This document shows, piece after piece, positions 27,447-37,852 of a DNA stretch of 64,000 nt. The notes under the pieces are model-generated. The model saw only the letters and a list, made by a program, of their open reading frames with translations. It ran no database searches and was not told the origin of the DNA. How positions within the stretch are numbered: position 1 is the stretch's first letter; each line of letters opens with the position of its first letter. Source of the DNA: Candidatus Cloacimonadota bacterium (lineage in GTDB: Bacteria > Cloacimonadota > Cloacimonadia > JGIOTU-2); contig JBNGBT010000004.1 of the NCBI GenBank assembly GCA_049903315.1, positions 208,031 through 272,030 on the forward strand, given 5' to 3'. The translations under genes were made by a program, and so were the position numbers.

Positions 27447-30400
27447 ATGAAAAAATTAATAATTGTTTGTATTTTTCTTGTATGTGGTTTTTCTTATCTC
27501 AATGCTCTTATTACTCAATGGACAGGAAATACTGATACTGCATGGAATACCCCTACAAATTGGTCCGATGGTCTTCCTGATGCGACTCACTCGGTCATCA
27601 TTCCGTCATCCGTAACAAGTGGAAACTGGCCGACCTATAGTACTGGCTCAAGTACATGCTATGAAGTAGCAAATTATGGAACATTGAATATTACTGGCGG
27701 CCAACTTAACGCAGCCTACGATTTTACAAGTGCAACTGGTTCGAGTACTACTTTAAGCGGACATGGTGGTCTTGCTTATGGGCAGATCGATGGAGATTTT
27801 AATTGTGATGGAACTGTGAATGTAAATGATAATGCCACACTTTCCGGAAAGGATTTCATATCTTCTTCGGGAAGCACGGTAAATCTTAATGGAGGATATT
27901 TCTCGATTGATGGTGATTTTGATGCTGATGGCACTGTAAATATTGACGATGCGGCAGTATATGCTACAAATTTCCTGGTTGGAGGAACGGTGAACCAATA
28001 TGGGGGATCCATCAATGTGATGGAGGATATGAATAATAGCGGTAACTTCAACCAAACTGGCGGCACAACGAATGTAACTGAAACATTAACAAATTCAGGA
28101 GTACTATATAATCATACTGCTCAATGCACTATTGGTATTGCTGTAATAAATGATCCAGATGGCACATGGGAGAATGATGGGGGAGATCAAACTGTAGAGG
28201 ATTTTACGAACCAGGGTACTTTTATTCAAACAAGCGGGACCACTGATGTGAATGGAACATTATTAAATGACACTGGAGGGTCCTTTGGGATTTCAGCAGG
28301 TTATGTCGATATCGGTCATGGTACATTCAATGGTACGTTAAATCAGTCAGGTGGCACATTAAATGTGAATAACAATCTTGTGTTCGGTGGTTCAAGTAGT
28401 AATACTCAATCTGGTGGAAGTTTCACTGCAGAAAGTGGAGGAACATTTGATCCCAACTCAGTACTCAACATTAGCGGTAATGCTAGCTTTCAGTACAAGG
28501 GCGACTTTAATTGTAATGGAGTTGTTACTGTTGATGGCGGTACACTATGGGCTGGCGGCAGCAGTGATCCTAATTTTGTTGGGGGAGCAACCAGCCAGAT
28601 AGACCTCAATTCCGGTTATTTTTCCATAAATTCTTACGCAACCAGCGGTGTGACAAATGTACAAGGTGGAGAAGCTTATTGGAGTTCTGCCACAAATAAC
28701 GGGACATTTAATCTTTCCAGCGGGACCGCAAATACCTACGCTGGATTTACTAATAATGGAACATACAATCAAACAGGCGGAACAGCATCATTTAATGGAG
28801 GTTTTACTCTATCCAGCACGAGTACCAATACACAAAGTGGCGGCACATTGAATATCGGAGGTGATGCCTCTTTCAGCAGCTCATTTATCAATACTGGATC
28901 GAATGGCGAAATTGTATTTAATGGCGGCACCACACAATCTGTAACGAATCCCACCACCTTCCCGAATACAAATATGATTCCTAATCTGAAAGTGAATAAT
29001 AATTCAACTGTTGTTTTTGATGAAAAAACCTCTTTTGCCGCAGGGAATGTTGAAGTTAATAGTGGGACGTTGGATATAGGATCAGGTTTTCTGGAACCAA
29101 CTAGTCCCGGTATGGGAAACTGGGCTGTAGGTGCAAATAGCGAAATTATCATCGGGGGTAATAATACGTTACCAAATTATGGAACAAACAATTTTGATCC
29201 CAGCTCCAAAGTTACCTACAATAGCACAACTCACAGTCAGGCAGTCAAAGGTATAACATATCCAATATTGGAAGTATCAGGCACTACAAAAATGTTGGCT
29301 GGAAATACCAATGTAAGCCAGGCATTGCTTCTAAACACTCTTATTGATGTCGGAAATTATAATCTTACTTTATTAAATGGAGCCACACTTACTCCCGGTT
29401 CGAATTCCTATGTTGCCACAACAGGTTCCGGCTATTTAATTAAAAACAATGTCTCTTCAGGAGATTTCCCGATTGGACCTGATGTATCAAATTATAATGG
29501 TTTCAGCTTTGATAATAACGGTGTTGCGTTGACCTCAATCGGTGCACGTGTTGAAACTGGGATTACACCAACTCATCCGAATGCAATGTACTGCCTGCAA
29601 CGCACATGGGATATCATAAAAGAGGGTATATTATATGCTGATTTTGCCTTTTATTGGCTTCAAACTCAGGAAACACAACCCTTCGAACAAGCAAGAGTTA
29701 ATAGCAGGATCGTTGGACATTTATGTCATACACCTCCAAGCTGGCAGGTTATCAGCACTCCTTCAGGCGCAACCGGTACAGGAATGCTGGGTGACCCCTA
29801 TAAAGTTGATTTCGGCGATATAGCAATTGTTTCAGGTTTCTGTCTTGGTGATGGTGACCATACACTCCCCGTACAACTTTCGTCTTTCAATGCAGTGTAT
29901 TCAAATGAGAGTGGGCTTGAATTCGTGCAGGTCAACTGGGCAACTTCAACTGAAACTGACGTGCTTGGGTATAATGTATATCAATCCACAACTGATGAAT
30001 TTGATGATGCAATGAAAATTAATGCGGGACTTATTCCCGGTCAAGGAACCACAACAGTTGGGCATTCATATTCTTATGATGATCTTGATGCAGACATTGA
30101 TCTCAGGAATTATTATTGGATCGAGCAGATGGACTACAGTGGATTGAGTGAGTTATTTGGACCAGCTGTGTACATACCGGAAAGCGGCGGAGAACCTGGT
30201 CCCGATGATTTTACAGAAACACTAGTCTTACAACACTATCCAAATCCTGTTGAAAATAATATGAAAATCGAGTACCAGATAAAGGGTAGCGCAGACCAGC
30301 AGGATGTAGTGATTTACATTTATAATATGAAAGGTGAATATATCGATACTGTTTTCGGACAAAATGGTTCTGCCGAAATAGACCTTTCACGTTATGCGAC

Positions 30401-30470
30401 AGGTGTGTATTTTTACAGATTGCAAGATACTTCTTTTGGAGAGACCTATAAATTTGTGGTAATCAGATAG
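27447..30470 (+). CDS. Large G/N/T/S-rich beta-helix adhesin-like protein with T9SS-like C-terminal domain
   Basis: WTGNTDTAWNTPTNW start, NQTGGT repeats, LPVQLSSFNA, HYPNP..GVYFY. Confidence 0.75.
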   Translation: MKKLIIVCIFLVCGFSYLNALITQWTGNTDTAWNTPTNWSDGLPDATHSVIIPSSVTSGNWPTYSTGSSTCYEVANYGTLNITGGQLNAAYDFTSATGSSTTLSGHGGLAYGQIDGDFNCDGTVNVNDNATLSGKDFISSSGSTVNLNGGYFSIDGDFDADGTVNIDDAAVYATNFLVGGTVNQYGGSINVMEDMNNSGNFNQTGGTTNVTETLTNSGVLYNHTAQCTIGIAVINDPDGTWENDGGDQTVEDFTNQGTFIQTSGTTDVNGTLLNDTGGSFGISAGYVDIGHGTFNGTLNQSGGTLNVNNNLVFGGSSSNTQSGGSFTAESGGTFDPNSVLNISGNASFQYKGDFNCNGVVTVDGGTLWAGGSSDPNFVGGATSQIDLNSGYFSINSYATSGVTNVQGGEAYWSSATNNGTFNLSSGTANTYAGFTNNGTYNQTGGTASFNGGFTLSSTSTNTQSGGTLNIGGDASFSSSFINTGSNGEIVFNGGTTQSVTNPTTFPNTNMIPNLKVNNNSTVVFDEKTSFAAGNVEVNSGTLDIGSGFLEPTSPGMGNWAVGANSEIIIGGNNTLPNYGTNNFDPSSKVTYNSTTHSQAVKGITYPILEVSGTTKMLAGNTNVSQALLLNTLIDVGNYNLTLLNGATLTPGSNSYVATTGSGYLIKNNVSSGDFPIGPDVSNYNGFSFDNNGVALTSIGARVETGITPTHPNAMYCLQRTWDIIKEGILYADFAFYWLQTQETQPFEQARVNSRIVGHLCHTPPSWQVISTPSGATGTGMLGDPYKVDFGDIAIVSGFCLGDGDHTLPVQLSSFNAVYSNESGLEFVQVNWATSTETDVLGYNVYQSTTDEFDDAMKINAGLIPGQGTTTVGHSYSYDDLDADIDLRNYYWIEQMDYSGLSELFGPAVYIPESGGEPGPDDFTETLVLQHYPNPVENNMKIEYQIKGSADQQDVVIYIYNMKGEYIDTVFGQNGSAEIDLSRYATGVYFYRLQDTSFGETYKFVVIR

Positions 30471-30492
30471 TATTTTCGTAATTCGTATAAAC

Positions 30493-30518
30493 AAAGCCCG
30501 GAGAAATTCGGGCTTTCT
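30493..30518. terminator. Hairpin terminator between convergent genes
   Basis: AAAGCCCG...CGGGCTTT followed by CTT. Confidence 0.6.
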
Positions 30519-30553
30519 TCATTGTTAATGTTATTTCTTAATTGATTATTAAA

Positions 30554-32242
30554 TTATTGTTCAAATTTCAAATCTTCCAAAACACTGCGTAATTTATTTA
30601 AAGAATCAATTACTGATTTAAGAGTTTTATTGGCATCTTGTATTAAAGAACCATCTGGTACTTTCCAGTTACCGTGAGTTTTTCCTTGCCCTCTCTTTTT
30701 TTGTAAGTCTTGAAGCACTCCGTGTATATCAGCAATAAGAGATTTATTATTAGATTTTTCTAATATAAACTTAATTAATCCTAATTGTCTTAAATCCTTA
30801 TCTAGTTCTCCATATTTATTAGCTATTGTTTTTAAGGTTTTTTGTTGCAAACCTTCAATAGTAGTATTGGATAAAGCAATAATAAAATCTTGCCACTGAT
30901 TTGAATTTTCAGTTTTCATATAATGTAATTGCTTAGTTGCAGTTTCCCATGATCCACCTTTTGGCAACCAGATTTTATATATGTTATCTCCAATTTTGCA
31001 TTTACTTAGATTGTCTAATCTTTTTCTTAATGTTTCAAATGGGGATTCTGTGTCAGGAAATTCACCCTTAAAATCTGTTTTAATAGCTCTTTTAGAAATG
31101 GGACCCCTCGGATTTTCATTATACTGTTGCCAATGTAATTGTTCTTCATAGGGTAAACGACTAAGGTATATAGCGTAAGTATGAACTTGATTAAATTCAT
31201 TCATATCATAGGTTTTAAGATACCAACCTCCACGACAGGATATTGTTCTTTCTTTTAATTCATATTTGTCCGGATTGTTTTTATATTTATCTAAGACTTC
31301 AGCTTTAAAAAAAATTGGACTTATTTCATAAGGGAGTTTACTCTCAGTAAAATAGTTAACGAAATTTTTGGGATTCAAAGAATAATCTTCTATAATTTTT
31401 TTATTTTTCAAATCATGTACAATAAATTTCCCATATTTTCTTTTTTTTACATTGTTATCGGAAAATATTGTATTATAATCAGTTTTTGGCGATGATATTT
31501 GTGCCCCTCTATACATGATATATTGTTTTTTATATGAAGCAATTTCGCATTTAAGGTGGTGTTTCTTAGATTCATAATCACTGTATTGTAATTGATTAGG
31601 TGTTGGAAAATCATTTTTTCTTTTATCAATTTCAAAATATCGTATTAGTATCCAATTTCCCAGATAGAGGAGTGTGTCAATAATATCTCTTTTCATTAAT
31701 ATTAATTTAACATCTGTATTATTAATTAGCTTTATTTTTTCAACCTCTTCACCAAGTGAATTTAAAACACAATATGCATTCTTATTTGGGGACCAATGTA
31801 AATCTATAGGATGTGTTACAAGTTGATTAAACTCATAATAATGTTCTTTACCTTTGGGATAACCATAATAATCTCTATGAAAGAAAAGAGGAATTTCAGC
31901 TTTTTGAAAATTATCAAACTCATCCCAGTATGTTTCGAGCCAATTGTTCTTACCGTTTGATACCTGACCATAGGCAACACACGATTGAATAAAATCGAAA
32001 TGTGGTAATTGTTGTTCTATTTTTTCTATTTGATTCTTAGGATAAAAAGTTGGATATATCCAACAACTTCTAAAATCAGAATATAAAGAGCAGTAAGTTA
32101 TAATCCATTGATCAAAATCAGAAAAAAGTTCCAACCAATCTTTGGAGAATATAGCATTCTCATCTGCAATTTCAATGTGAGAATTCATGGTATTAGAAAT
32201 TTTTGTTAAAATGTTTTGATATATTAATTCGAGCTTTTCCAT
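30554..32242 (-). CDS. AT-rich hypothetical protein, possible C-terminal HEPN-like motif
   Basis: 562-aa ORF, AGGAG SD; LQKKRGQGKTHG (R-x5-H). Confidence 0.6.
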   Translation of the reverse strand: MEKLELIYQNILTKISNTMNSHIEIADENAIFSKDWLELFSDFDQWIITYCSLYSDFRSCWIYPTFYPKNQIEKIEQQLPHFDFIQSCVAYGQVSNGKNNWLETYWDEFDNFQKAEIPLFFHRDYYGYPKGKEHYYEFNQLVTHPIDLHWSPNKNAYCVLNSLGEEVEKIKLINNTDVKLILMKRDIIDTLLYLGNWILIRYFEIDKRKNDFPTPNQLQYSDYESKKHHLKCEIASYKKQYIMYRGAQISSPKTDYNTIFSDNNVKKRKYGKFIVHDLKNKKIIEDYSLNPKNFVNYFTESKLPYEISPIFFKAEVLDKYKNNPDKYELKERTISCRGGWYLKTYDMNEFNQVHTYAIYLSRLPYEEQLHWQQYNENPRGPISKRAIKTDFKGEFPDTESPFETLRKRLDNLSKCKIGDNIYKIWLPKGGSWETATKQLHYMKTENSNQWQDFIIALSNTTIEGLQQKTLKTIANKYGELDKDLRQLGLIKFILEKSNNKSLIADIHGVLQDLQKKRGQGKTHGNWKVPDGSLIQDANKTLKSVIDSLNKLRSVLEDLKFEQ

Positions 32243-32674
32243 ACATTAAACTCCTTTTAAATAACTTTGGTTTTTACTATATTTTAATCATGTTTATGTC
32301 AACTTTTCATATTTATTCCTAAGTTTTCCTTCAATCCGAGCCGTCATGGACCATTCCATGACAGCATGTTAATAACAAAAATCGAACAACAATTTATGAT
32401 TTAGGAATTATAATTCTCAATCATTCCCAATCTCCTGTTTATCGGGGCAGAATGGAATGGAAACTGGTTTGGGGATGCAATTGATGACGTTTGAAAACGA
32501 GAGACATTAATCTGAGAAAGCTTAACAATCTCCGGTTATAACCAAAAATTGTTTAAACAATTTTGGATTAGGTTGGAAAAATCAAACGAATTATTCTTCA
32601 TTTGAAGGATCTATTTCTAAATGACATATTCCCAAAAACTTGACATCCAAACTAATTCAAACGGTTTCAAATAT

Positions 32675-33493
32675 ATGAATAATCCTATCGGTATTTTTGA
32701 TTCCGGCGTTGGAGGACTCACTGTTTTCCACGAAATAAAAAAGGCGATGCCGCACAAAGATATTGTGTATTTTGGCGACACTGCGCGTGTGCCGTACGGC
32801 TCGAAATCGCAGAGAACGATTATCCAATATTCCCTGCAGAATATGATCTTCCTTCTTCAGCAAAAGATCGAACTTCTCGTGGTTGCGTGTAATACGTCAT
32901 CTGCCTATGCTTTGGAGGAGTTAAGAAAACGAAGCGATATTCCGATCATTGGTGTGATCGAGCCGGGTGCAAAAAAAGCATTGCAGGTTACCAAAAACAA
33001 ACGAATCGGCGTGATTGGTACAGAAGGTACAATTAAAAGCGGATCTTATGAAAAGGCATTGAGGTCATTGGATGAAACATGCACAGTATTCAGCAAACCA
33101 ACTCCATTGCTCGTACCACTCGTAGAGGAGAACTGGATAACGCACAAAGTTACGAAAGAGATTGTTCAAGAATACCTGCAGGAATTTTTGGAAAAAGACA
33201 TCGATACAATCATTATGGGATGCACGCATTATCCTGTGCTGAAGCATGTGATCCAGGAAGTGGTCGCAGAGAGCATTACTCTTGTTGATTCTGCCGAGTC
33301 GATTGCTCTTGAATTGAAAAAGATGTACTCATCCAATCCCGTACAAAAAAAATCAGGCAATTATTTGTTTTATGTCAGTGATAACCCGGAAAAGTTCAAA
33401 AAGATCGGTTGGCAGATTCTGGGTGAAGAACTTAGACAAGTGAAAAAAGTCTTTTTTTCTGATGCCTGGGTTATGGATAATTACGAGCGTTAA
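32675..33493 (+). CDS. murI: Glutamate racemase
   Basis: IGIFDSGVGGLTV, ACNTSS, MGCTHYP. Confidence 0.96.
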   Translation: MNNPIGIFDSGVGGLTVFHEIKKAMPHKDIVYFGDTARVPYGSKSQRTIIQYSLQNMIFLLQQKIELLVVACNTSSAYALEELRKRSDIPIIGVIEPGAKKALQVTKNKRIGVIGTEGTIKSGSYEKALRSLDETCTVFSKPTPLLVPLVEENWITHKVTKEIVQEYLQEFLEKDIDTIIMGCTHYPVLKHVIQEVVAESITLVDSAESIALELKKMYSSNPVQKKSGNYLFYVSDNPEKFKKIGWQILGEELRQVKKVFFSDAWVMDNYER

Positions 33494-33498
33494 AAATT

Positions 33499-34212
33499 AT
33501 GGATATTATCGAAAACCAGATACAGGAATTTCTTCGCGATCGCAGCTCCGGCTCACACGAACTTGCCCGACATGCACTTGGAATTATCATACGATTGCAT
33601 ACGAAAGGCAACAACACTGCAAGGATCATGAATTTTTTAGAAAAAGCTGTTGAGCGATTTCCACAGATGGTTGCTATTACTAAGCTCAAAGAACAATTTT
33701 ATGATAAAGTATCTGAAAAAACTATCAAGGAATTTGAATTTCTGTTATCGGATAAGTCCTATATTGTAAATGCTCAGTTTCTCTTTGATGCGCCGAAGAA
33801 AGTTGTCTCATTCAGTAGAAGTTCCGCAGTAGAAGATGTGATACTTTATTATACAAAATCTGTCGAGAAGGTAACCTGTTGCTATTCACTTCCGCTTGGT
33901 GAAGGGAAGAAATTTTCTGAGGATCTCAATAAAAATAATATTAATTCTCACTTAATCCAAGACTCAGAACTGTCCAAAGTTATTCCTAATGCCGATTTCA
34001 TACTTCTTGGTGCTGATGCAATTGCTAAAGATTTTTTTGTGAATAAAATAGGTTCTTTGCAGGTGGTTCTTCTTGCACAATATTTCAAAAAACCGGTCTA
34101 TGTCATATCCTCACCATTAAAGAAGATCAAGAAAAGTAGCTATTCTTTAGAAAAACTTGGACAGTATTTCGAGGTAATTGATAATTCATTGATCACTGAT
34201 TTTATATATTAA
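33499..34212 (+). CDS. eIF-2B/IF-2B family protein
   Basis: DRSSGS, LLGADAI..NKIGS, YFEVI..LITD. Confidence 0.75.
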   Translation: MDIIENQIQEFLRDRSSGSHELARHALGIIIRLHTKGNNTARIMNFLEKAVERFPQMVAITKLKEQFYDKVSEKTIKEFEFLLSDKSYIVNAQFLFDAPKKVVSFSRSSAVEDVILYYTKSVEKVTCCYSLPLGEGKKFSEDLNKNNINSHLIQDSELSKVIPNADFILLGADAIAKDFFVNKIGSLQVVLLAQYFKKPVYVISSPLKKIKKSSYSLEKLGQYFEVIDNSLITDFIY

Positions 34213-34225
34213 ATTCGAGGAGTTT

Positions 34226-36247
34226 ATGCAATATAATGTAGATGTTTCCAAAGCCATGACTATCGTACTATCAAAGGAATTTCCACCTGATCCGATTTTC
34301 AAAAAAGGGATAAGGAGAGCGCCGGGCAGGGGATTGAATCTCTCGAAAAATGAGATAAAGACAGCATTGAAAAATGCTTTGCGATATATTCCTTCCGAAC
34401 TGCATAAAAAGCTTGCACCGGAATTTCTTGAAGAGCTTAAAACCAGAGGACGTATTTATGGATATCGCTATCGTCCACAGGATGAGATAAAAGCAAAACC
34501 AATACACGACTATAAAGGGAATACACTGGAAGGAAAAGCGCTGCAAGTCATGATTGATAATAATCTCGATTTTGATGTGGCACTTTATCCTTATGAGCTT
34601 GTTACATATGGCGAAAGTGGGCAGGTTTGCCAGAACTGGATGCAGTATCAGATCATAAAGAAATATCTTGAAGTAATGACAGATAATCTAACACTTGTTG
34701 TTGCGTCGGGGCATCCACTTGGATTGTTTCCTTCACGACCTGAAAGTCCCCGTGTGATAAGCACGAACGGCTTAATGGTCGGCATGTTTGACAATTCCGA
34801 GGATTTCAAAGCAGCTGCTGCAATGGGCGTCACAAATTATGGACAAATGACTGCGGGTGGGTGGATGTATATCGGTCCGCAGGGTATCGTGCATGGAACG
34901 TATATAACACTTTTGAATGCAGGCAGAATGTATCTTGGCATTCCTGAAGATGAAGATCTAAAAGGAAAAATATTCGTAACCTCCGGACTTGGCGGGATGA
35001 GCGGCGCACAGGCAAAAGCAGTCGAGATCGCAGGTGGCGTGGGTGTGATCGCAGAAGTCGATCTTTCACGCATCAAAACCCGTCATGAGCAGGGCTGGCT
35101 TTCTAAATATTCTGATAACCTCGAACAGGTTGTGAGCTGGATGCAGGAAAGCAAGGCAAAAGGAGAAGCAGTCTCGATCGGATATTTTGGAAATGTGGTC
35201 GACCTCTTGCAATATTTTGTTGATAACGATATTGAAATAGAACTCCTGTCTGACCAAACATCATGCCACGCAGTATATGAGGGCGGCTATACTCCGCAGG
35301 GAGTAAGTTTTGAAGAAGGTCGCGAACTCATCAAAAATGACATACAAGCTTTTAAAAAGAAAGTAGATGAATCACTTATTAAGCAGTATGAACTCATAAA
35401 AAAAATGACCGAATACGGCACATATTTTTGGGATTACGGGAACAGTTTCATGAAAGCAGTTTTTGATGCAGGAGCACATGACATTGCAAAAAATGGTGAA
35501 AACACAAAAGATGGTTTTATCTTCCCATCCTATGTAGAAGATATTATGGGACCAATCTGTTTTGATTACGGCTACGGACCGTATCGTTGGGTGTGTCTGA
35601 GCGGCAAGCCCGAGGATCTTCATAAAACAGACCTCGCTGCAATGGCATGTATCGATCCTACAAGAAGAGCACAGGATAGAGATAATTATCACTGGATAGA
35701 AAGTGCTGAAAAAAATAAACTCGTTGTCGGCTCTCAGGCGCGTATTCTCTATGCAGATGCACAGGGAAGAGTGAAGATCGCACTCAAATTCAATGAAATG
35801 GTTCGTGAACGTGAGGTTGGACCGATCATGATCGGGCGCGATCATCATGACACGGGCGGGACTGATTCACCATTCCGCGAAACTGCGAATATAAAAGATG
35901 GAAGCAATGTGTGTGCAGATATGTCAATCCATTGTTTTGCAGGTAATGTAGCACGAGGCATGACACTCGTTGTAGAAAGCAACGGCGGCGGAGTGGGCAT
36001 TGGGAAAGCATTCAACGGCGGTTTCGGACTGGTGCTCGACGGCAGCAAAAAAGTCGATGAAGTGATAAAGTCTGCACTGGATTGGGATGTGATGGGAGGA
36101 GTGGCTCGCAGAGCATGGGCGCGCAATCCACATGCAATAGAAACCTCAATTGAATGGAATGAGAGAAATAAAAATAATGGACATATAACGTTACCCTTCA
36201 TCCCAGATGAAAAGCTGATAGATGAACTGGTAGATAAGGAATTTTAA
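34226..36247 (+). CDS. hutU: Urocanate hydratase (long form)
   Basis: YGQMTAGGWMYIGPQGIVHGT, GLGGMSGAQ, SDQTSCH, GRDHHD. Confidence 0.96.
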   Translation: MQYNVDVSKAMTIVLSKEFPPDPIFKKGIRRAPGRGLNLSKNEIKTALKNALRYIPSELHKKLAPEFLEELKTRGRIYGYRYRPQDEIKAKPIHDYKGNTLEGKALQVMIDNNLDFDVALYPYELVTYGESGQVCQNWMQYQIIKKYLEVMTDNLTLVVASGHPLGLFPSRPESPRVISTNGLMVGMFDNSEDFKAAAAMGVTNYGQMTAGGWMYIGPQGIVHGTYITLLNAGRMYLGIPEDEDLKGKIFVTSGLGGMSGAQAKAVEIAGGVGVIAEVDLSRIKTRHEQGWLSKYSDNLEQVVSWMQESKAKGEAVSIGYFGNVVDLLQYFVDNDIEIELLSDQTSCHAVYEGGYTPQGVSFEEGRELIKNDIQAFKKKVDESLIKQYELIKKMTEYGTYFWDYGNSFMKAVFDAGAHDIAKNGENTKDGFIFPSYVEDIMGPICFDYGYGPYRWVCLSGKPEDLHKTDLAAMACIDPTRRAQDRDNYHWIESAEKNKLVVGSQARILYADAQGRVKIALKFNEMVREREVGPIMIGRDHHDTGGTDSPFRETANIKDGSNVCADMSIHCFAGNVARGMTLVVESNGGGVGIGKAFNGGFGLVLDGSKKVDEVIKSALDWDVMGGVARRAWARNPHAIETSIEWNERNKNNGHITLPFIPDEKLIDELVDKEF

Positions 36248-36259
36248 TAAGGAGCAATA

Positions 36260-36721
36260 ATGGAAAAAACACATTTCGAATCAACTGAAGATATTCTGCA
36301 ATTTGCAATAGATAGAGAGATAGATGCGCAGAATTTTTATAATAAATGGTCGGAAAAGGTAAAAAATCCAGCAATAGGAGAGATGCTGAAAGGGCTTGCG
36401 TTCCAGGAGAAAGGACACGAAGAACATCTAAAACGTGTAAAAAAGAGTGGTGAACTCAAACCTTCGGAAAAGCATATCGTAGATTTGAAGATCGCTGATT
36501 ATCTCGTTGAAGTTAAACCATCAGAGGATATGGATTATCAGCAAGCACTCACCGTTGCCATGGAAAGAGAACAGAGCTCGGTTAATCTGTATAAGACACT
36601 GGCAAAACTCGCTCCAAATGAGAAAATTCAAGACCTATTCCTCAACCTTGTGGAAGAAGAAGTACAGCACAAAGCTCGTCTTGAAGATGAGTATGATGAG
36701 AATATTCTGAGAGATAATTAA
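36260..36721 (+). CDS. Rubrerythrin/ferritin-like protein
   Basis: AIDRE..FY, EKGH, AMERE..Y, EEVQH. Confidence 0.85.
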   Translation: MEKTHFESTEDILQFAIDREIDAQNFYNKWSEKVKNPAIGEMLKGLAFQEKGHEEHLKRVKKSGELKPSEKHIVDLKIADYLVEVKPSEDMDYQQALTVAMEREQSSVNLYKTLAKLAPNEKIQDLFLNLVEEEVQHKARLEDEYDENILRDN

Positions 36722-36763
36722 AAAATTTGGTTTCATTAATGTGATATATATTCAAGGAGAAAT

Positions 36764-37225
36764 ATGCAAGATATAAAAGTTGGTGACCTCGCACCCGATT
36801 TTACTTTAAAAGATCACCATAATAAGGAATTTACGTTATCTGAACTGAGAGGTAAGAAAGTGCTTCTCTCGTTTCATCCACTTGCCTGGACAAAGGTATG
36901 TGCTCAGCAGATGAAATCTCTTGAAGATAATAAAGAAGTTTTTGATGAGCTTAATACAGTTGCAGTAGGCTTCAGCGTGGATACCGTTCCATGCAAACAT
37001 GCATGGGCAAAGGATTTGAAAGTCTGGAAAACTGCTCTCCTTTGTGATTTCTGGCCTCATGGTGAAGTGGCACAGAAATTTGGAATGTTCAAAACAGACA
37101 AGGGTTTTACTGAGAGAGCAAATATTATTGTCGATGAACAAGGCAAAGTGATCTTTATCAAAATTTACGATATTCCTACACTCCCGGATATTCAGGAAAT
37201 TATTGAATTTCTTAAGAGTTCGTAA
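36764..37225 (+). CDS. Peroxiredoxin/redoxin (AhpE-like)
   Basis: GDLAPDFTL, FHPLAWTKVC, DFWPHGEVA, ERAN. Confidence 0.88.
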   Translation: MQDIKVGDLAPDFTLKDHHNKEFTLSELRGKKVLLSFHPLAWTKVCAQQMKSLEDNKEVFDELNTVAVGFSVDTVPCKHAWAKDLKVWKTALLCDFWPHGEVAQKFGMFKTDKGFTERANIIVDEQGKVIFIKIYDIPTLPDIQEIIEFLKSS

Positions 37226-37241
37226 ATTTATTGGAGATGTG

Positions 37242-37841
37242 ATGAAAAATTTCTTAACTCTCTTTTTTATTGCTGTTCTCTTATTCGGTTGTGCCTCTGT
37301 AGAAAATTTTGAGTATAAAGATGTGATGTATAAAGAAGTTCAGAAACAAGTATTTGGTTATGGTTTCTCAAAATCAATGAATGAAAAGCTCTCTGCGAAT
37401 ATGGCAGAAGCCACAGCACGAAAAAATATTGCAGAGCAGACTGCAGGTATGCATTTCACCTATACAAATAAAAATGAGGAAAGGGAAATGAAGCTCAGTA
37501 TACGTAACGCTGAACTCTCGGAAGTAAGATTGGATAAGACAATCCGCTTGGACAAGACAGGTGTTTTCATATCAGTACTTCGTTATCAGGGGAAGATACA
37601 AAAACCTGTTGGGGAAGATGTGTTTTTTGGTGAAATGAAAATACAATTTTCAGACGATCTGCTTAAAATCTCCAAAAGCAGAACAAATGTTCTGCAGGAA
37701 ATGATCTCGTCCAAATTCCCTAAAGCTCATGAAGTAAAAGGATTTATTCTCATCGATACAACAGATGTTGGCTGGACCACCCATACAGGAGTGATCCAAT
37801 ATTATGAAAGTTATTTAATCGTTATTGAATCAGTGATATAA
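37242..37841 (+). CDS. Hypothetical lipoprotein
   Basis: GGAG SD, lipobox LLFGC. Confidence 0.65.
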   Translation: MKNFLTLFFIAVLLFGCASVENFEYKDVMYKEVQKQVFGYGFSKSMNEKLSANMAEATARKNIAEQTAGMHFTYTNKNEEREMKLSIRNAELSEVRLDKTIRLDKTGVFISVLRYQGKIQKPVGEDVFFGEMKIQFSDDLLKISKSRTNVLQEMISSKFPKAHEVKGFILIDTTDVGWTTHTGVIQYYESYLIVIESVI

Positions 37842-37852
37842 CAGGAGGTATC

